Shown: piece by piece, positions 54,239-64,000 of the stretch
Layout: every line of letters begins with the position of its first letter
Position numbering within the stretch: the stretch's first letter is position 1
Source of the DNA: Candidatus Saganbacteria bacterium
GTDB taxonomy: Bacteria; Margulisbacteria; WOR-1; JAKLHX01
Direction of reading: 5' to 3'
DNA: 64,000 bases
Assembly (NCBI GenBank): GCA_026387835.1
Contig: JAPLKZ010000010.1
Location: 65,872-129,871 of the forward strand
Program-made: the position numbers and the translations under genes
The notes under the pieces: model-generated
The model's input: only the letters and a program-made list of their open reading frames with translations
Database searches by the model: none
What the model was told of the DNA's origin: nothing

Positions 54239-55531
54239 TTAGAAATATCTGAAGGCCGCTATTGCAAGTCCGGCTACCGCCAATATCCATATGTATAATA
54301 TCGTCCTTTTCAGGATATCCTGGACGTTGATGTTCAAATAATTCGCTATCCAGACGTTCTGCGTGTTAGTCGGGTCGCATACGCCCTGTATCTGGCCGAC
54401 GCTCATCAGGGCCGCCATTATAGCTACGGGAGGCATGACATTTGAGGTGACCATGAGCCCGATAAGTCCCGCGCCCATTCCCCAGATATTCAACGGTCCC
54501 CTGTACAGTGTGAGCGGTGAAAGCACTGCAAAGAACAGGACATAATACAGCGGGCTTGAGGGAAGTATCTTTACCAGCACGGGGGAAAGAGATGACGTGA
54601 CATTCGGGTTCATCACTGCATTGAGAAGCATGCCGATCCCTATTATCAAAGCGACGGCAGGGCCGACAGAGTTGATCCCTTCATATATAGATCTGCTCAG
54701 GAGATTTACGCTGTCTTTCCTGAGTGTCGTCAGGAATCCGTATAAAAGCCCGATCACCATCGCTGTTATTATTGGGAATTCATAAGGATTTGCGGGTTTT
54801 GCTAAAATATTGTAGACCGAAAAGCCAAGTACAAGGACCAGAGGTATCACGGGCGTCAGGGCCGCGTACCAGGAAACGAACTTTGGTCTTTCTTCCTCAG
54901 TTTTTTCTGTCCATCCTATCGAAGTCCCGTGCCTTTTTATTTCTATGAAAAGGAACAGCACCGTGACAACAGAAAAACACAGGCCCAGAGGTATCGCGAA
55001 CCTGAATATCTGGTCCTGCGAAAGCCCCAGGACGCTTATATAAAGCTGCCAGTTGATCAGGTTGAATATCCCGCCAAGGCTCATCCCGATCAGAAAGACA
55101 CAACCTGTGACTATCCTGGGCAGCCCGATCGAAAGCATTATAGGAAGCACTATCGTCGCGACCATTATCACCGAGCCAAGCCCTCCGAGGACCGAAAAAA
55201 GCACCGCCACCACCGCGGTGAGGACTATTGACACAAGAAAAGGATTGTCGCCCGATAGTTCGGCGACTTTCTTTATAAGTGTTTCCGCGATGCCGGACCT
55301 GCTCACGAACTGTGAGAGCATGGAACCGAAAATAATGACGATTATCGGTGTGCTCAGACGCGTCGCGCCGTCAGCGATCACTTTTGTCGAGACATCGGCC
55401 GGCGACAGGCCCGAGACAAAAGCTATCAGGACCGCCATCACCGGGAGTGCTATCAAGGCCGGGACTTTGTTCAGGTACATAAGGACGGCGAAAATGATGA
55501 AGATAAGGAAGATGACAGAAAAAAGTATCAT
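54239..55531 (-). CDS. Polytopic membrane transporter (ion-transporter superfamily, GntP/CitMHS/DcuC-like)
   Basis: 430 aa with about 12 TM helices and an internal hairpin-repeat architecture. Confidence 0.55.
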   Translation of the reverse strand: MILFSVIFLIFIIFAVLMYLNKVPALIALPVMAVLIAFVSGLSPADVSTKVIADGATRLSTPIIVIIFGSMLSQFVSRSGIAETLIKKVAELSGDNPFLVSIVLTAVVAVLFSVLGGLGSVIMVATIVLPIMLSIGLPRIVTGCVFLIGMSLGGIFNLINWQLYISVLGLSQDQIFRFAIPLGLCFSVVTVLFLFIEIKRHGTSIGWTEKTEEERPKFVSWYAALTPVIPLVLVLGFSVYNILAKPANPYEFPIITAMVIGLLYGFLTTLRKDSVNLLSRSIYEGINSVGPAVALIIGIGMLLNAVMNPNVTSSLSPVLVKILPSSPLYYVLFFAVLSPLTLYRGPLNIWGMGAGLIGLMVTSNVMPPVAIMAALMSVGQIQGVCDPTNTQNVWIANYLNINVQDILKRTILYIWILAVAGLAIAAFRYF

Positions 55532-55580
55532 GATTAGAGATTATAACATGATATATATTAAGTGTGAAGAATTCTTCAAT

Positions 55581-55607
55581 AAAAAAGGCCGGACAAGCCG
55601 GCCTTTT
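55581..55607. terminator. Bidirectional rho-independent terminator (AAAAAA-GGCCGG-acaag-CCGGCC-TTTT)
   Basis: Read directly in the sequence. Confidence 0.55.
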
Positions 55608-55627
55608 AACAAAGTTAAATTATCCCA

Positions 55628-57400
55628 TTATTTCATTATATTCGGGGTTTCTGTCTGTATGACTTCGATCGGCGACTTATCCCCTCGCTGCAATAATGCT
55701 GTTGTGAGCCCTGTTGTTGTACTTCTCACCATCGCCACATTTGGATTTGAATCCGGATTTGTCCCGTTCATAATAAGGTAAGGATACATCAGGTTCTGAT
55801 AGAAAGCGGTCATCAGTGCCAGGTTACGGAAGTTTACGCCGTCCATTGTTGTCATGAAATTCGGCGCTCCGGCGAACGAGAATTTTGCCTGGTTCGGAAA
55901 GACACATGCCATCTTGAGCAGGTCTGACGTAAGCCCTGCATGCCCCTGCTCACTTGCCAGCAGGTCCTTTATTGATAAAGCCGTATCTTTGGGGTTAAAG
56001 CTTGTATCAAATACAAAAGCACCGTATGAAAGCGCTGATACAGCTCCGCCCAGAAGCCCGTCCGCCCCTGCATGCGCGAACGGCAGCATCTCCATGCCTG
56101 CTCCAAAAGCAAACATCCCGTTGCCGATCTTTCCCACGGCTTCGTCGTGCAGCTGGAACACCTGCCGTAAACCGGCTTCAAGTACCGGATGATTGCTGCA
56201 CGCAAAGAAACCTGGGATATTGTATGCGCTTGTGTACAGGTACAGGTGCGCTGCAAGGTCCCTTATCGTGGTGTCTTTCCCGACAGGCCAGAATTTGTCA
56301 TCAAACTCTATCATCGCCTTTGTATAGTCCGCACATGCCTCGTCGCTTGCGCTGAGCATCATCGGTACAAGGACGATCTTGCCTTTTGCCCACATATACC
56401 TTCCTCCGATGTTCGGATTCAGGTCAAGGACTACTGCCCCGTTATCGTTAGCGAACTGTTTTACTTTCCCCTTGTTCGCATATGCCACCAAATACTTAAG
56501 ATGCCCTCCTTTTTTTGCAAACTCCATTGATTTCAGGGTCTCTTCCGTACCGCCCCCCCTTGATATCGCGATGAAAAGTGTATTACCGGCCATCACATGT
56601 AAAGGAAGTTTAATGAGCTGGCTTGGTTCAAACACCGAATAAAGGCTCCTCTTGCTCTTCGGATCTTTGTTTACGAGCATTGGAAGATCTTTCAGATACA
56701 TGTCGTTTGCGCCAATACCGAGAACAACGATATTCTTTATTTTATTCATCGTACCGCTGCCGTATTTCTGATCCACGAGAGTATTGATATGTTTTGCGCT
56801 GTCATAAGCTTCCTGCACCGCGGCTTCCATGTTCCCGCGTATATTCCTTATATCCGGGGTCTCGGTCGCCCAGGACGGATTATCCTCAAACAGCTGAACA
56901 GGACTAGGTCTTCCTGATGGGGCAGACATATTCTGTTCAAGCAGGGCTATCACCTCATCTGCCCTTTTTGCATGGTCAGGCAATATTGCCTTTACCAGAC
57001 TAAGCGTTTCAATTCCCGGATATACTGTAAGCCCCATCCCGCAGATATCATGAACAGACGCCTTGCTTATCGGTCCGAAAAGCCTGTCAAGCTGCGAAGT
57101 TCTTTCAAATTCCTCACGGAGAGTTTTTAAAACTTCTCCACCTGGAGAGGTCTCCCCTGTTTTCATCTTTAACAGAAGACCATCCAGCCGTTGGCGGCCA
57201 AGTTCCACAACAAATGAATAGAAGCCCCTCGTCTGATGTGCCGACGCATCATCAATTGCCGGTTTTGACCATTTCTCCTCTCGTAGCGCCCACACTCCTA
57301 CATTCGCCATGGCATGCCTTGCGTTCTGAGTTCGTAGTCTTAATCTCAACAGTGCCGCAGGATTTGTAATAACTTCATTCATATTTATTCTTATGCCCAT
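55628..57400 (-). CDS. pgi: Glucose-6-phosphate isomerase-family (SIS) protein with an N-terminal extension
   Basis: VLGIGAND, ISRGGGTEETL (ISKSGTT-like), and DLNPNIGGRYMW (the PGI GGRYS signature). Confidence 0.55.
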   Translation of the reverse strand: MGIRINMNEVITNPAALLRLRLRTQNARHAMANVGVWALREEKWSKPAIDDASAHQTRGFYSFVVELGRQRLDGLLLKMKTGETSPGGEVLKTLREEFERTSQLDRLFGPISKASVHDICGMGLTVYPGIETLSLVKAILPDHAKRADEVIALLEQNMSAPSGRPSPVQLFEDNPSWATETPDIRNIRGNMEAAVQEAYDSAKHINTLVDQKYGSGTMNKIKNIVVLGIGANDMYLKDLPMLVNKDPKSKRSLYSVFEPSQLIKLPLHVMAGNTLFIAISRGGGTEETLKSMEFAKKGGHLKYLVAYANKGKVKQFANDNGAVVLDLNPNIGGRYMWAKGKIVLVPMMLSASDEACADYTKAMIEFDDKFWPVGKDTTIRDLAAHLYLYTSAYNIPGFFACSNHPVLEAGLRQVFQLHDEAVGKIGNGMFAFGAGMEMLPFAHAGADGLLGGAVSALSYGAFVFDTSFNPKDTALSIKDLLASEQGHAGLTSDLLKMACVFPNQAKFSFAGAPNFMTTMDGVNFRNLALMTAFYQNLMYPYLIMNGTNPDSNPNVAMVRSTTTGLTTALLQRGDKSPIEVIQTETPNIMK

Positions 57401-57550
57401 TTATGTTCTCCTTTGATTATATTTTTGGCACATTAATCCATCGAAAGGTTTATTGGAAAATTTCATTAAATCTCATCAATATTGATTATATCTAAAAAAC
57501 GGGGTGTTTTGGATTTTAAAGTCATGATGTGCCGGTGACGCGATGACTGT

Positions 57551-58570
57551 TTACTGGGTCTTGTCTTGTTTAATGGCGTCTATGAGTTTCTCGATCGGGA
57601 ATTTCACGGTGATCTTATTTTCTGTTGCCGTTATCTTTGCGCCTATTTGCGGCGCCTCGAATATGTTAGGGCTTTCAAACCTCATGATGAGGAACACTTT
57701 GCCGTCTTTTGCTCCTTTTACCAGGAACTTATCCTTGTTCATGACCATCGTGACTGAAGAAAGTATCTCGACCCTCTTCTCGCCCTGGAGCATTTTTTCT
57801 TTCATCGATATCAGGACGTTGGGCGCGAACTCTCTTTCCTGGACAACAAGTATGTCGGGCAGCGGGCCTGACGGGCTTGTCAGGGTCTGGCCTCGGTAAT
57901 AGAGCCCGCTTGAGGAGCCGCCGTCAAGATTCATCGCGTCCTTGCAGCCGAGGTCCTTCATTACAACAGCCAGTTCCTCGAATAAAACCCCTGAATTAAT
58001 AGTAACAAAAAGAAGGTTCTTATCCCATGTGACGCCTACCGCGCTTCTGTTTCTCCTCGTAAAAAGGTTGGGATCTTTAAAGCCCTCCGCCCGCGCGTCA
58101 ACGATGACCCTGCCTTCTTCAAGAAGCTTAGGACCGCAGGAGATGACCGTTTTGTAGCGACCCCAGTTCATGTGGCGGTACTTTTCCACGGTGATGAATT
58201 CGATGTTATTGTCCTCTGTGATGCCCATGGCTGTACCGAGCCCCCCGAAATGGACAAGCTCACCGTTTATCACCACATCCCCTACAGGTTTATATGTCCT
58301 CTTGCAGAAGAAATTGCCGTTTATTGCCGCTACCGGGTCTTCACGGGCGACCATTTTTTCGAATGATTCCGGCGCCGCAGGGAACTGCTTGGACATGACC
58401 GGAGTCACGGTGATATGGGGATCCTTAAGGTCGACCTTGACCACATCCACGGGAAATCCCCTTACCGTAAGGTGTTCATATGTGACTGACCCTGATTGGC
58501 CAAACGATACGCCGCCTCCTAAAAGGAATAGGCACATTGCTATTATAAAGATAATATATATCGTTTTCAT
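57551..58570 (-). CDS. Secreted phosphodiester-glycosidase-family (NAGPA-like) protein
   Basis: Signal peptide, AINGNFF...GGLG and a C-terminal MNLDGGSSS motif. Confidence 0.6.
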   Translation of the reverse strand: MKTIYIIFIIAMCLFLLGGGVSFGQSGSVTYEHLTVRGFPVDVVKVDLKDPHITVTPVMSKQFPAAPESFEKMVAREDPVAAINGNFFCKRTYKPVGDVVINGELVHFGGLGTAMGITEDNNIEFITVEKYRHMNWGRYKTVISCGPKLLEEGRVIVDARAEGFKDPNLFTRRNRSAVGVTWDKNLLFVTINSGVLFEELAVVMKDLGCKDAMNLDGGSSSGLYYRGQTLTSPSGPLPDILVVQEREFAPNVLISMKEKMLQGEKRVEILSSVTMVMNKDKFLVKGAKDGKVFLIMRFESPNIFEAPQIGAKITATENKITVKFPIEKLIDAIKQDKTQ

Positions 58571-58636
58571 AGGCTTATACTAGTTAATCGATTAAACTGA
58601 AAGAAAACTTGCAGGCAGAGATATCTATTTTATGGC

Positions 58637-60136
58637 TTATTTAAGCAAATAATTTAATATTGTGAGCACGCCTGCCCCTGACGGTCCTTTGGCAAAATGG
58701 CGGAACTTCCTGTCAAGATCCGCTGTTCCAGCTATATCTATATGGACCCAGGGGGTGTCCTCGACAAACTTCTTGATAAATGTGGCCCCAGAGCTTGTGC
58801 TTGCTTTGCCAAGGTCTGAGGCATTTTTGATATCGGCAATATCACTTTTCAGGTATTCTTCGTATTCTTCATACAGAGGCAGTTGCCACAGCTTCTCGCC
58901 CGATGCCCCTCCCGCCGTGATCACGTCCCTGATGAAAGTCCGGTCATTGCCGAGTATGCCCGACGCCGCGTCTCCCAGCGCCACTATGCAGCCGCCGGTA
59001 AGGGTAGCTACATCCAGGATCTTCGTGACACCAAGCTTTTTTGCATAGGTGACGGCATCAGCAAGGATCATCCTGCCTTCGGCATCAGTGTTTATTATCT
59101 CGATCGTTTTTCCGGACAGTGACTTGACGACATCCCCCGGTTTTGAAGCTATGCCTCCAGGCATGTTCTCGGTAAGCGGCATTACGGCAAGGATGTTCTT
59201 TTTTATCTTGAGTTTTGACGCGGCTTCCATGGAGCAGAGCACCGCCGCAGCGCCTGCCATATCGCCTTTCATCTCATGCATCTTTTTTGCCGGTTTTAAA
59301 GAGATCCCGCCGGAATCAAAAGTTATTCCTTTCCCGATAAGTGCCAGAGACAGCGGCTTATTTTTGCCCGCTCCAAAATACTTCAGGACAACGACTTTCG
59401 GCTCTTCGCGGCTTCCTTTTGCCACCGACCACAGGGCGCCCATCCCCATCTTGAGGATCTCCTGCTTGCCGAGTATATTACACTCAAGCCCGTTTTCAGC
59501 GGCGATTTTCTGGGCCTTTTTCGCGAACACGGACGGGGTCAGCATGTTTGACGGGATGTTCACCAGGTCCCTTGTATCGTTCACAGCTTCGCATATTATC
59601 TCTGAGATAGCCGCCGCTTTCCGGAACTCTTTTACTTTCTTTTTATCGTTGTCGACTATGACCTTTTCCTCGATCTTGAAGATGTCCTCTTTTTTATCGG
59701 TCTTGTAGCCCTCAAAATCGTATTCCGACAAAAGGGACGCTTCCACCAGGGCTTTGCACGCGTCAAAAGAAACAATGCCGGGCTCTCCGGAGCCGTGGAC
59801 CACAGTGACGATCTTTTTTGCTTTTATCTTTTTTGCCGTTCTTACCGCGGAAGCTGCCGCTTCCCTTATCCTGTCGAGGCCGAACCCGGCCTTCTTTCCC
59901 AGGCCGACGATAAGGACGTGCCGCGCGGAAAAACCAGCCGGCGTGTGGATCACGGTCACCGTTCCCGTTTTTCCCGTGATCTCTTTTGAAGAGATCAATT
60001 CTGATATCCGGCCTCCGAGCGCTTTATCCGCCGCGGCGGCAGCGCCCGACGGTTTTTCGACGCCCTCAAAAACATTCACGACCAGGACATCGCACTTTTG
60101 TTTTAAAAGATCCGAATTTTCTATATTAATTTTCAT
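58637..60136 (-). CDS. pepA: Leucyl aminopeptidase (M17)
   Basis: NTDAEGRMILADAVTYA signature and the Mn-binding DxxK...D...E residues. Confidence 0.85.
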   Translation of the reverse strand: MKINIENSDLLKQKCDVLVVNVFEGVEKPSGAAAAADKALGGRISELISSKEITGKTGTVTVIHTPAGFSARHVLIVGLGKKAGFGLDRIREAAASAVRTAKKIKAKKIVTVVHGSGEPGIVSFDACKALVEASLLSEYDFEGYKTDKKEDIFKIEEKVIVDNDKKKVKEFRKAAAISEIICEAVNDTRDLVNIPSNMLTPSVFAKKAQKIAAENGLECNILGKQEILKMGMGALWSVAKGSREEPKVVVLKYFGAGKNKPLSLALIGKGITFDSGGISLKPAKKMHEMKGDMAGAAAVLCSMEAASKLKIKKNILAVMPLTENMPGGIASKPGDVVKSLSGKTIEIINTDAEGRMILADAVTYAKKLGVTKILDVATLTGGCIVALGDAASGILGNDRTFIRDVITAGGASGEKLWQLPLYEEYEEYLKSDIADIKNASDLGKASTSSGATFIKKFVEDTPWVHIDIAGTADLDRKFRHFAKGPSGAGVLTILNYLLK

Positions 60137-60143
60137 GGGCTAT

Positions 60144-60710
60144 TTAGAACTTCACTTTGGGTGCCTGATCTGCCCCTTTTTGGGCTTCGAACATCGGTTT
60201 TACTTTTTCAAAACCGAACATGCCTGCGATAATATTTGTCGGGAACCTGCGTGTCGATATATTGTAGACCTGCACAGCTTCATTGTATTGGCCCCTTGCA
60301 TAAGATATCCTGTTCTCCGTTCCTTCAAGACTGTCCATCAACTGCCTGAAATTCGCGTCCGCTTTCAGCGTCGGATAATTCTCGACGATCATCAAAAGTC
60401 TTGATAAAGCGCCTTCAAGACCGTTAGTCGCTTCTACTTTTTCCGACACGGTCCGCGCTCCGGCCAGTTTCGCGCGCGACTGCGCTATGCTTTTGAAGAC
60501 ATCCGCTTCGTGTATTTTATATCCTTTTACTGTTTCAACAAGGTTAGGTATGAGGTCTAATCTTCTCTGGTATTGCGTTTCGACCTGCGCCCAGGCAGTT
60601 GTCACTGCCACGTCCTTCGAGACCAGCCCGTTATAAGAAGTTATCACCCATAATACGGCTACCAGAAGTATTCCTGCTATCCCTATCAGCCACATTATTC
60701 CTTTTGACAT
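60144..60710 (-). CDS. lemA: LemA-family membrane protein
   Basis: N-terminal TM helix and the conserved ...AQVETQYQRRLDLIPNLV... LemA core. Confidence 0.8.
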   Translation of the reverse strand: MSKGIMWLIGIAGILLVAVLWVITSYNGLVSKDVAVTTAWAQVETQYQRRLDLIPNLVETVKGYKIHEADVFKSIAQSRAKLAGARTVSEKVEATNGLEGALSRLLMIVENYPTLKADANFRQLMDSLEGTENRISYARGQYNEAVQVYNISTRRFPTNIIAGMFGFEKVKPMFEAQKGADQAPKVKF

Positions 60711-60738
60711 CTAACTTATCCTCCTTTCGATTATCTCC

Positions 60739-61641
60739 CTACCATGATCTTCCTGCCCCTCCGCCTCCTGATCCTCCGCCTCCAAACCCTCCGAAAGACC
60801 CCCCGCCTCCTCCGAAACTTCCTCCGCCAAATCCGCCGCCCCAGGTACCGAACCCTCCGGAACCAAAATATCCGCCCCTGAAACCTCCTGCTCCCGAGGC
60901 CAGCCCCATTATAACACCAAAGATAAAACCCCCGACACCGGCGATTACGAGCCCGATGACGCCTCCGATCAATGCCCCGATCACGGCATTTCTGGTATTG
61001 TCTCCCATCTTTTTAGTGCTGGCAACTATGACTGAGACAACGAGCAGCACTACAAGTATGCCGAGAAATATCATCATGCTTTTCTTCTTTTTCTCTTTTA
61101 GAGGCAAGGGTTTGTAATCTTTATAAATTTTCCTTGCTACCGCTATCGTACATTTATAGAGACCTTCGCCGTAATGCTCCTGTTTAAAAGAAGGGATGAT
61201 CTCTTCATCGATAAGTCTTCCGCAATAGCCGTCGGGAAGCACATCCTCAATGCCTTTTCCTGTCTCGATCTTGATGCGCCTGTCATCCTTAGACATAAGG
61301 ATAAGCACGCCGTTGTCGAGGGCTTTTTTGCCAATCCCCCATTTATTGAAAAGCTCTACCGCGTAAGTATCTATATCCATCGGCTGAGTTGACTTTACCG
61401 TGACCACTACCACTTCGGCACTCGTCTTTTTTTCGAGCCTGATGAGTACCTGCCTCATCATTGCTTCGCTTGACGCGTCTATGACATCCGCATAATCGTT
61501 GACGTAGCCGACCGGTTTTGGGAATTTAAAGTCTGAGGCAGAAGAACTGGCACAAGTTAAAGCAATTATCCCCGCAAAACAAAGCAATTTGGCGGCCATT
61601 CTTACTTTTGATTTTTGACTTGTATTTTTGACTTTACCCAA
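60739..61641 (-). CDS. TPM-domain (YgcG-like) protein with a TM helix and a Gly/Phe-rich C-terminal tail
   Basis: Signal peptide, a TPM phosphatase-like domain, a TM helix, then a GGFGGG-repeat tail. The LemA-TPM pairing is well known. Confidence 0.75.
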   Translation of the reverse strand: MGKVKNTSQKSKVRMAAKLLCFAGIIALTCASSSASDFKFPKPVGYVNDYADVIDASSEAMMRQVLIRLEKKTSAEVVVVTVKSTQPMDIDTYAVELFNKWGIGKKALDNGVLILMSKDDRRIKIETGKGIEDVLPDGYCGRLIDEEIIPSFKQEHYGEGLYKCTIAVARKIYKDYKPLPLKEKKKKSMMIFLGILVVLLVVSVIVASTKKMGDNTRNAVIGALIGGVIGLVIAGVGGFIFGVIMGLASGAGGFRGGYFGSGGFGTWGGGFGGGSFGGGGGSFGGFGGGGSGGGGAGRSW

Positions 61642-62050
61642 AAAATATCCCTGTCTCTCTTTTTGCGCTGGCTGCTGAATCCGACCCGTGAATTGTGTTC
61701 TTGATGATCTTCCCGTCCTGCTTGTCCGGTTTAAAATCCGCCCTGATAGTGCCTTTTTCCGCTTTTTCCGGGTCTGTATTTCCCATGAGACCCCGCATGA
61801 CAGATACCGCCGACTCTCCCGCCACTTTCATGACCGTTACCTTGCCGGACATGATATAGTCGACAAGACCGTTGTAAAAAGGCTTGTCTCTGTGCTCCCA
61901 ATACAGGCGTTCTGCCTGTTCTTTTGTGACGTAGATATCTTTTTGTTCGGTCACCAAAAGCCCTGCTGAACTTATTCTTTTTATTATCTCGCCCGCTAAA
62001 CTTCTTTCCATCCCGTCCGGTTTAACGATGACGAAGCTCTGTTCTATCAT
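61634..62050 (-). CDS. ndk: Nucleoside-diphosphate kinase
   Basis: FVIVKPDG...NTIHGSDS, including the active-site His. Confidence 0.9.
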   Translation of the reverse strand: MIEQSFVIVKPDGMERSLAGEIIKRISSAGLLVTEQKDIYVTKEQAERLYWEHRDKPFYNGLVDYIMSGKVTVMKVAGESAVSVMRGLMGNTDPEKAEKGTIRADFKPDKQDGKIIKNTIHGSDSAASAKRETGIFFG

Positions 62051-62055
62051 TCTGT

Positions 62056-63438
62056 CTATTTCTTCCTCATCTCCACTTTTGCCGCTCTTATCGCGAACTG
62101 CACCTGCCGTCTCGCAGTTCCTCCGATGATGTCCCTGCTGTTCACGCTGTTCTCGATGGTCAGGTGGTCATGGATGTCCTCGCCTATCCTGTCGCAGAAC
62201 TTTTTAAGGTCCTTTTTTGACATCTGGTAAAGGTCAAGCCGGTTGTCCACGCAGTAGCGCACTATCTCGCCTGTCACTTCATGAGCTTTCCTGAAAGGCA
62301 GGCCTTTCCCTACCAGGTAATCCGCAAGGTCTGTTGCCGTGAGGCATCCTTTTTCCGTGGCTTCATGCATCTTTGCCGCGTTTATCTTTGTGGTCTTTAG
62401 CATCTCTTCCATTATTATCAGGACCGCTTTTACCGTATCGATCCCGTCAAAAAGCCTTTCCTTGTCTTCCTGCATATCGCGGTTGTAGGCGAGCGGAAGG
62501 CCCTTCATGACCGTAAGTATGGCCATGAGATCCCCGAAGACGCGTCCTGTCTTCCCTCTTGTCAGCTCCGCGACGTCCGGATTCTTTTTCTGCGGCATGA
62601 TGCTTGAACCCGTCGCGTAAGAATCGGAAAGGTCCATGAACTTGAACTCGCTCGATGTCCAGAGCACTATTTCTTCCGACAGCCTTGAGAGGTGCACCAT
62701 CAGGATCGAGATGCACGCGAGGAATTCGATGACAAAGTCCCTGTCAGAGACTGCGTCTATGCTGTTCCTGGAAATGGATTTGAACTTGAGGTCTTTGGCC
62801 AGTTTTTTTCTGTCTATCCTGTAACTTGTACCTGCCAGCGCGGCGGAACCAAGCGGCATGACATCCATCCTTTTAAGGCACTCCGCCAGTCTTTCCCGGT
62901 CCCTGAACAGCATTTCGTAATAGGCCATGATGTAATGCGAAAAAAGGATCGGCTGGGCCCTTTGCAGGTGCGTGTAGCCCGGCATTATCGCCCCGAGGCT
63001 TTCCTCGGCTATCTTCAAAAGCGTCTTCTGGAAATTTTTTATCAGTTCCATAATAAAGGCCGTTTCTTCTTTTAGATACATCCTCATGTCGGTCGATACC
63101 TGGTCGTTGCGGCTTCGGCCCGTGTGGATCTTTTTGCCCGCTTCGCCGATCTTCTGGGTTAGAATGGTCTCGATGTTCAGGTGGATGTCCTCATATTCTT
63201 TTTTGAACAAAGTTTTGCCGCTCTCTATTTCCTTTTCTATCTTTTTCAGGGAGGAGATTATCTGGGATGTCTCTTTTTGCTTCAGGACTTTTGCGCCTAA
63301 CAGAGCTTTGGCATAAGCGATATTCAGAGCGATATCCTGTTTATAGAGGCGTCTGTCAAAATGCACCGAAGAGTTGAAATCTTCAAGCGTCATGTTTATC
63401 TCGGTCGAGAACCGTCCGGACCTTGCCGCGCTTTTCAT
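62056..63438 (-). CDS. argH: Argininosuccinate lyase
   Basis: RFS..., TGRSRNDQV, GSSIMPQKKNPD fumarate-lyase signature. Confidence 0.9.
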   Translation of the reverse strand: MKSAARSGRFSTEINMTLEDFNSSVHFDRRLYKQDIALNIAYAKALLGAKVLKQKETSQIISSLKKIEKEIESGKTLFKKEYEDIHLNIETILTQKIGEAGKKIHTGRSRNDQVSTDMRMYLKEETAFIMELIKNFQKTLLKIAEESLGAIMPGYTHLQRAQPILFSHYIMAYYEMLFRDRERLAECLKRMDVMPLGSAALAGTSYRIDRKKLAKDLKFKSISRNSIDAVSDRDFVIEFLACISILMVHLSRLSEEIVLWTSSEFKFMDLSDSYATGSSIMPQKKNPDVAELTRGKTGRVFGDLMAILTVMKGLPLAYNRDMQEDKERLFDGIDTVKAVLIIMEEMLKTTKINAAKMHEATEKGCLTATDLADYLVGKGLPFRKAHEVTGEIVRYCVDNRLDLYQMSKKDLKKFCDRIGEDIHDHLTIENSVNSRDIIGGTARRQVQFAIRAAKVEMRKK

Positions 63439-63441
63439 TTT

Positions 63442-64000
63442 TTATCTCCCCATGCCTTTCATCTGAAGACCGAAAAGGTTGATGAATCCTTCCGCATCCT
63501 TCTGATTATAAACTTCGTCTTTTTCAAAAGTAGCAAGTGAGCGGCTGTAAAGCGACTTTTTTGCTTTTCTCCCGGCCACAGTACAGTTGCCTTTAAATAA
63601 TTTTATTCGTACGGAACCCGTAACATTTTTCTGCGTGCTGTCGATAAAAGCATCAAGAGCTTTTCGCAGCGGCGAGAACCACTGCCCGTTATAAACGATC
63701 TCCGCGTATTTTTTGGATATCAGTTCTTTGTAATGCGCGGTCTCACGGTCGATCGTTATCGATTCAAGCGCCTTATGAGCCGCATAAAGAATAGTTCCTC
63801 CCGGAGTTTCGTAAACGCCCCTTGATTTTATCCCGACAAGCCTGTTCTCTACTATGTCGATCCTGCCTATTCCGTTCTTGCCGCCGATGTTGTTCAAGCT
63901 TTGTATCAGAGCGACAGCAGTTATTTTCTTTCCGTTAAGGCTGACCGGTACTCCTTTTTCAAAACCTATTTCTATATAAGTTGCTTTACTTGGCGCTTTT
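63442..64000 (-). CDS. argG: Argininosuccinate synthase, C-terminal part (N-terminus beyond the window end)
   Basis: [27 protein letters not shown]. The frame is open to the window edge. Confidence 0.85.
   Translation of the reverse strand, partial: KAPSKATYIEIGFEKGVPVSLNGKKITAVALIQSLNNIGGKNGIGRIDIVENRLVGIKSRGVYETPGGTILYAAHKALESITIDRETAHYKELISKKYAEIVYNGQWFSPLRKALDAFIDSTQKNVTGSVRIKLFKGNCTVAGRKAKKSLYSRSLATFEKDEVYNQKDAEGFINLFGLQMKGMGR

Noticed and set aside
1-64000. Search for CRISPR arrays, integrases, transposases and toxin-antitoxin pairs
   Set aside because: No evenly spaced repeat/spacer array and no recombinase or transposase signatures were seen in any frame. The 15.25-17.4 kb islet lacks its own mobilisation gene.

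Overview
This 64 kb window is a moderately GC-poor (about 45-50 %) bacterial chromosomal segment, densely coded on both strands. Three features point to a diderm (double-membrane) organism: a PilQ-type secretin, two FadL/PorV-type outer-membrane beta-barrels, and sigma-54 (RpoN). No phylum can be assigned from sequence alone.

Most of the window is housekeeping, including trpF, trpC, trpA, rsmH, gltX, speH/speB, rpsA, pyrF, rimO, metG, pepA, ndk, argH and argG. Three tRNAs are present: Ser-GCU, Arg-ACG and Leu-UAA.

The best-supported accessory regions are:
- **Islet at tRNA-Ser (15.25-20.4 kb).** A degenerate GAGCGA / tRNA-3'-half-like repeat field follows tRNA-Ser. Beyond it, two near-identical 149-bp direct repeats, each carrying terminator hairpins plus a promoter, bracket a single ankyrin-repeat gene that contains a 17-nt homopolymer. 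A convergent pair of radical-SAM genes (one B12-binding type, one SPASM/twitch type) and an orphan soluble histidine kinase / response regulator pair follow.
- **Sigma-54 module.** rpoN, a canonical NtrC-type activator, a 111-aa ORF, and a second NtrC paralogue whose AAA+ motifs (Walker A, Walker B, GAFTGA) are all destroyed; a TGCACAT-N4-ATGTGCA enhancer-like palindrome lies between them.
- **Type IV pilus locus.** It runs pilD, pilB, pilC, pilT, two GspG-like pilins, two minor pilins, a PilX-like beta-helix protein, a PilM-PilN fusion, a PilO(-P), and pilQ. A Wzy_C/TPR candidate pilin O-glycosyltransferase sits next to pilD. pilD carries a 7-bp tandem duplication that frameshifts its C-terminal helix.
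- **Unusual amino-sugar trio.** An LmbE/PIG-L-like deacetylase, a NagB-like deaminase and an unknown protein.

No CRISPR array, integrase or transposase was seen.
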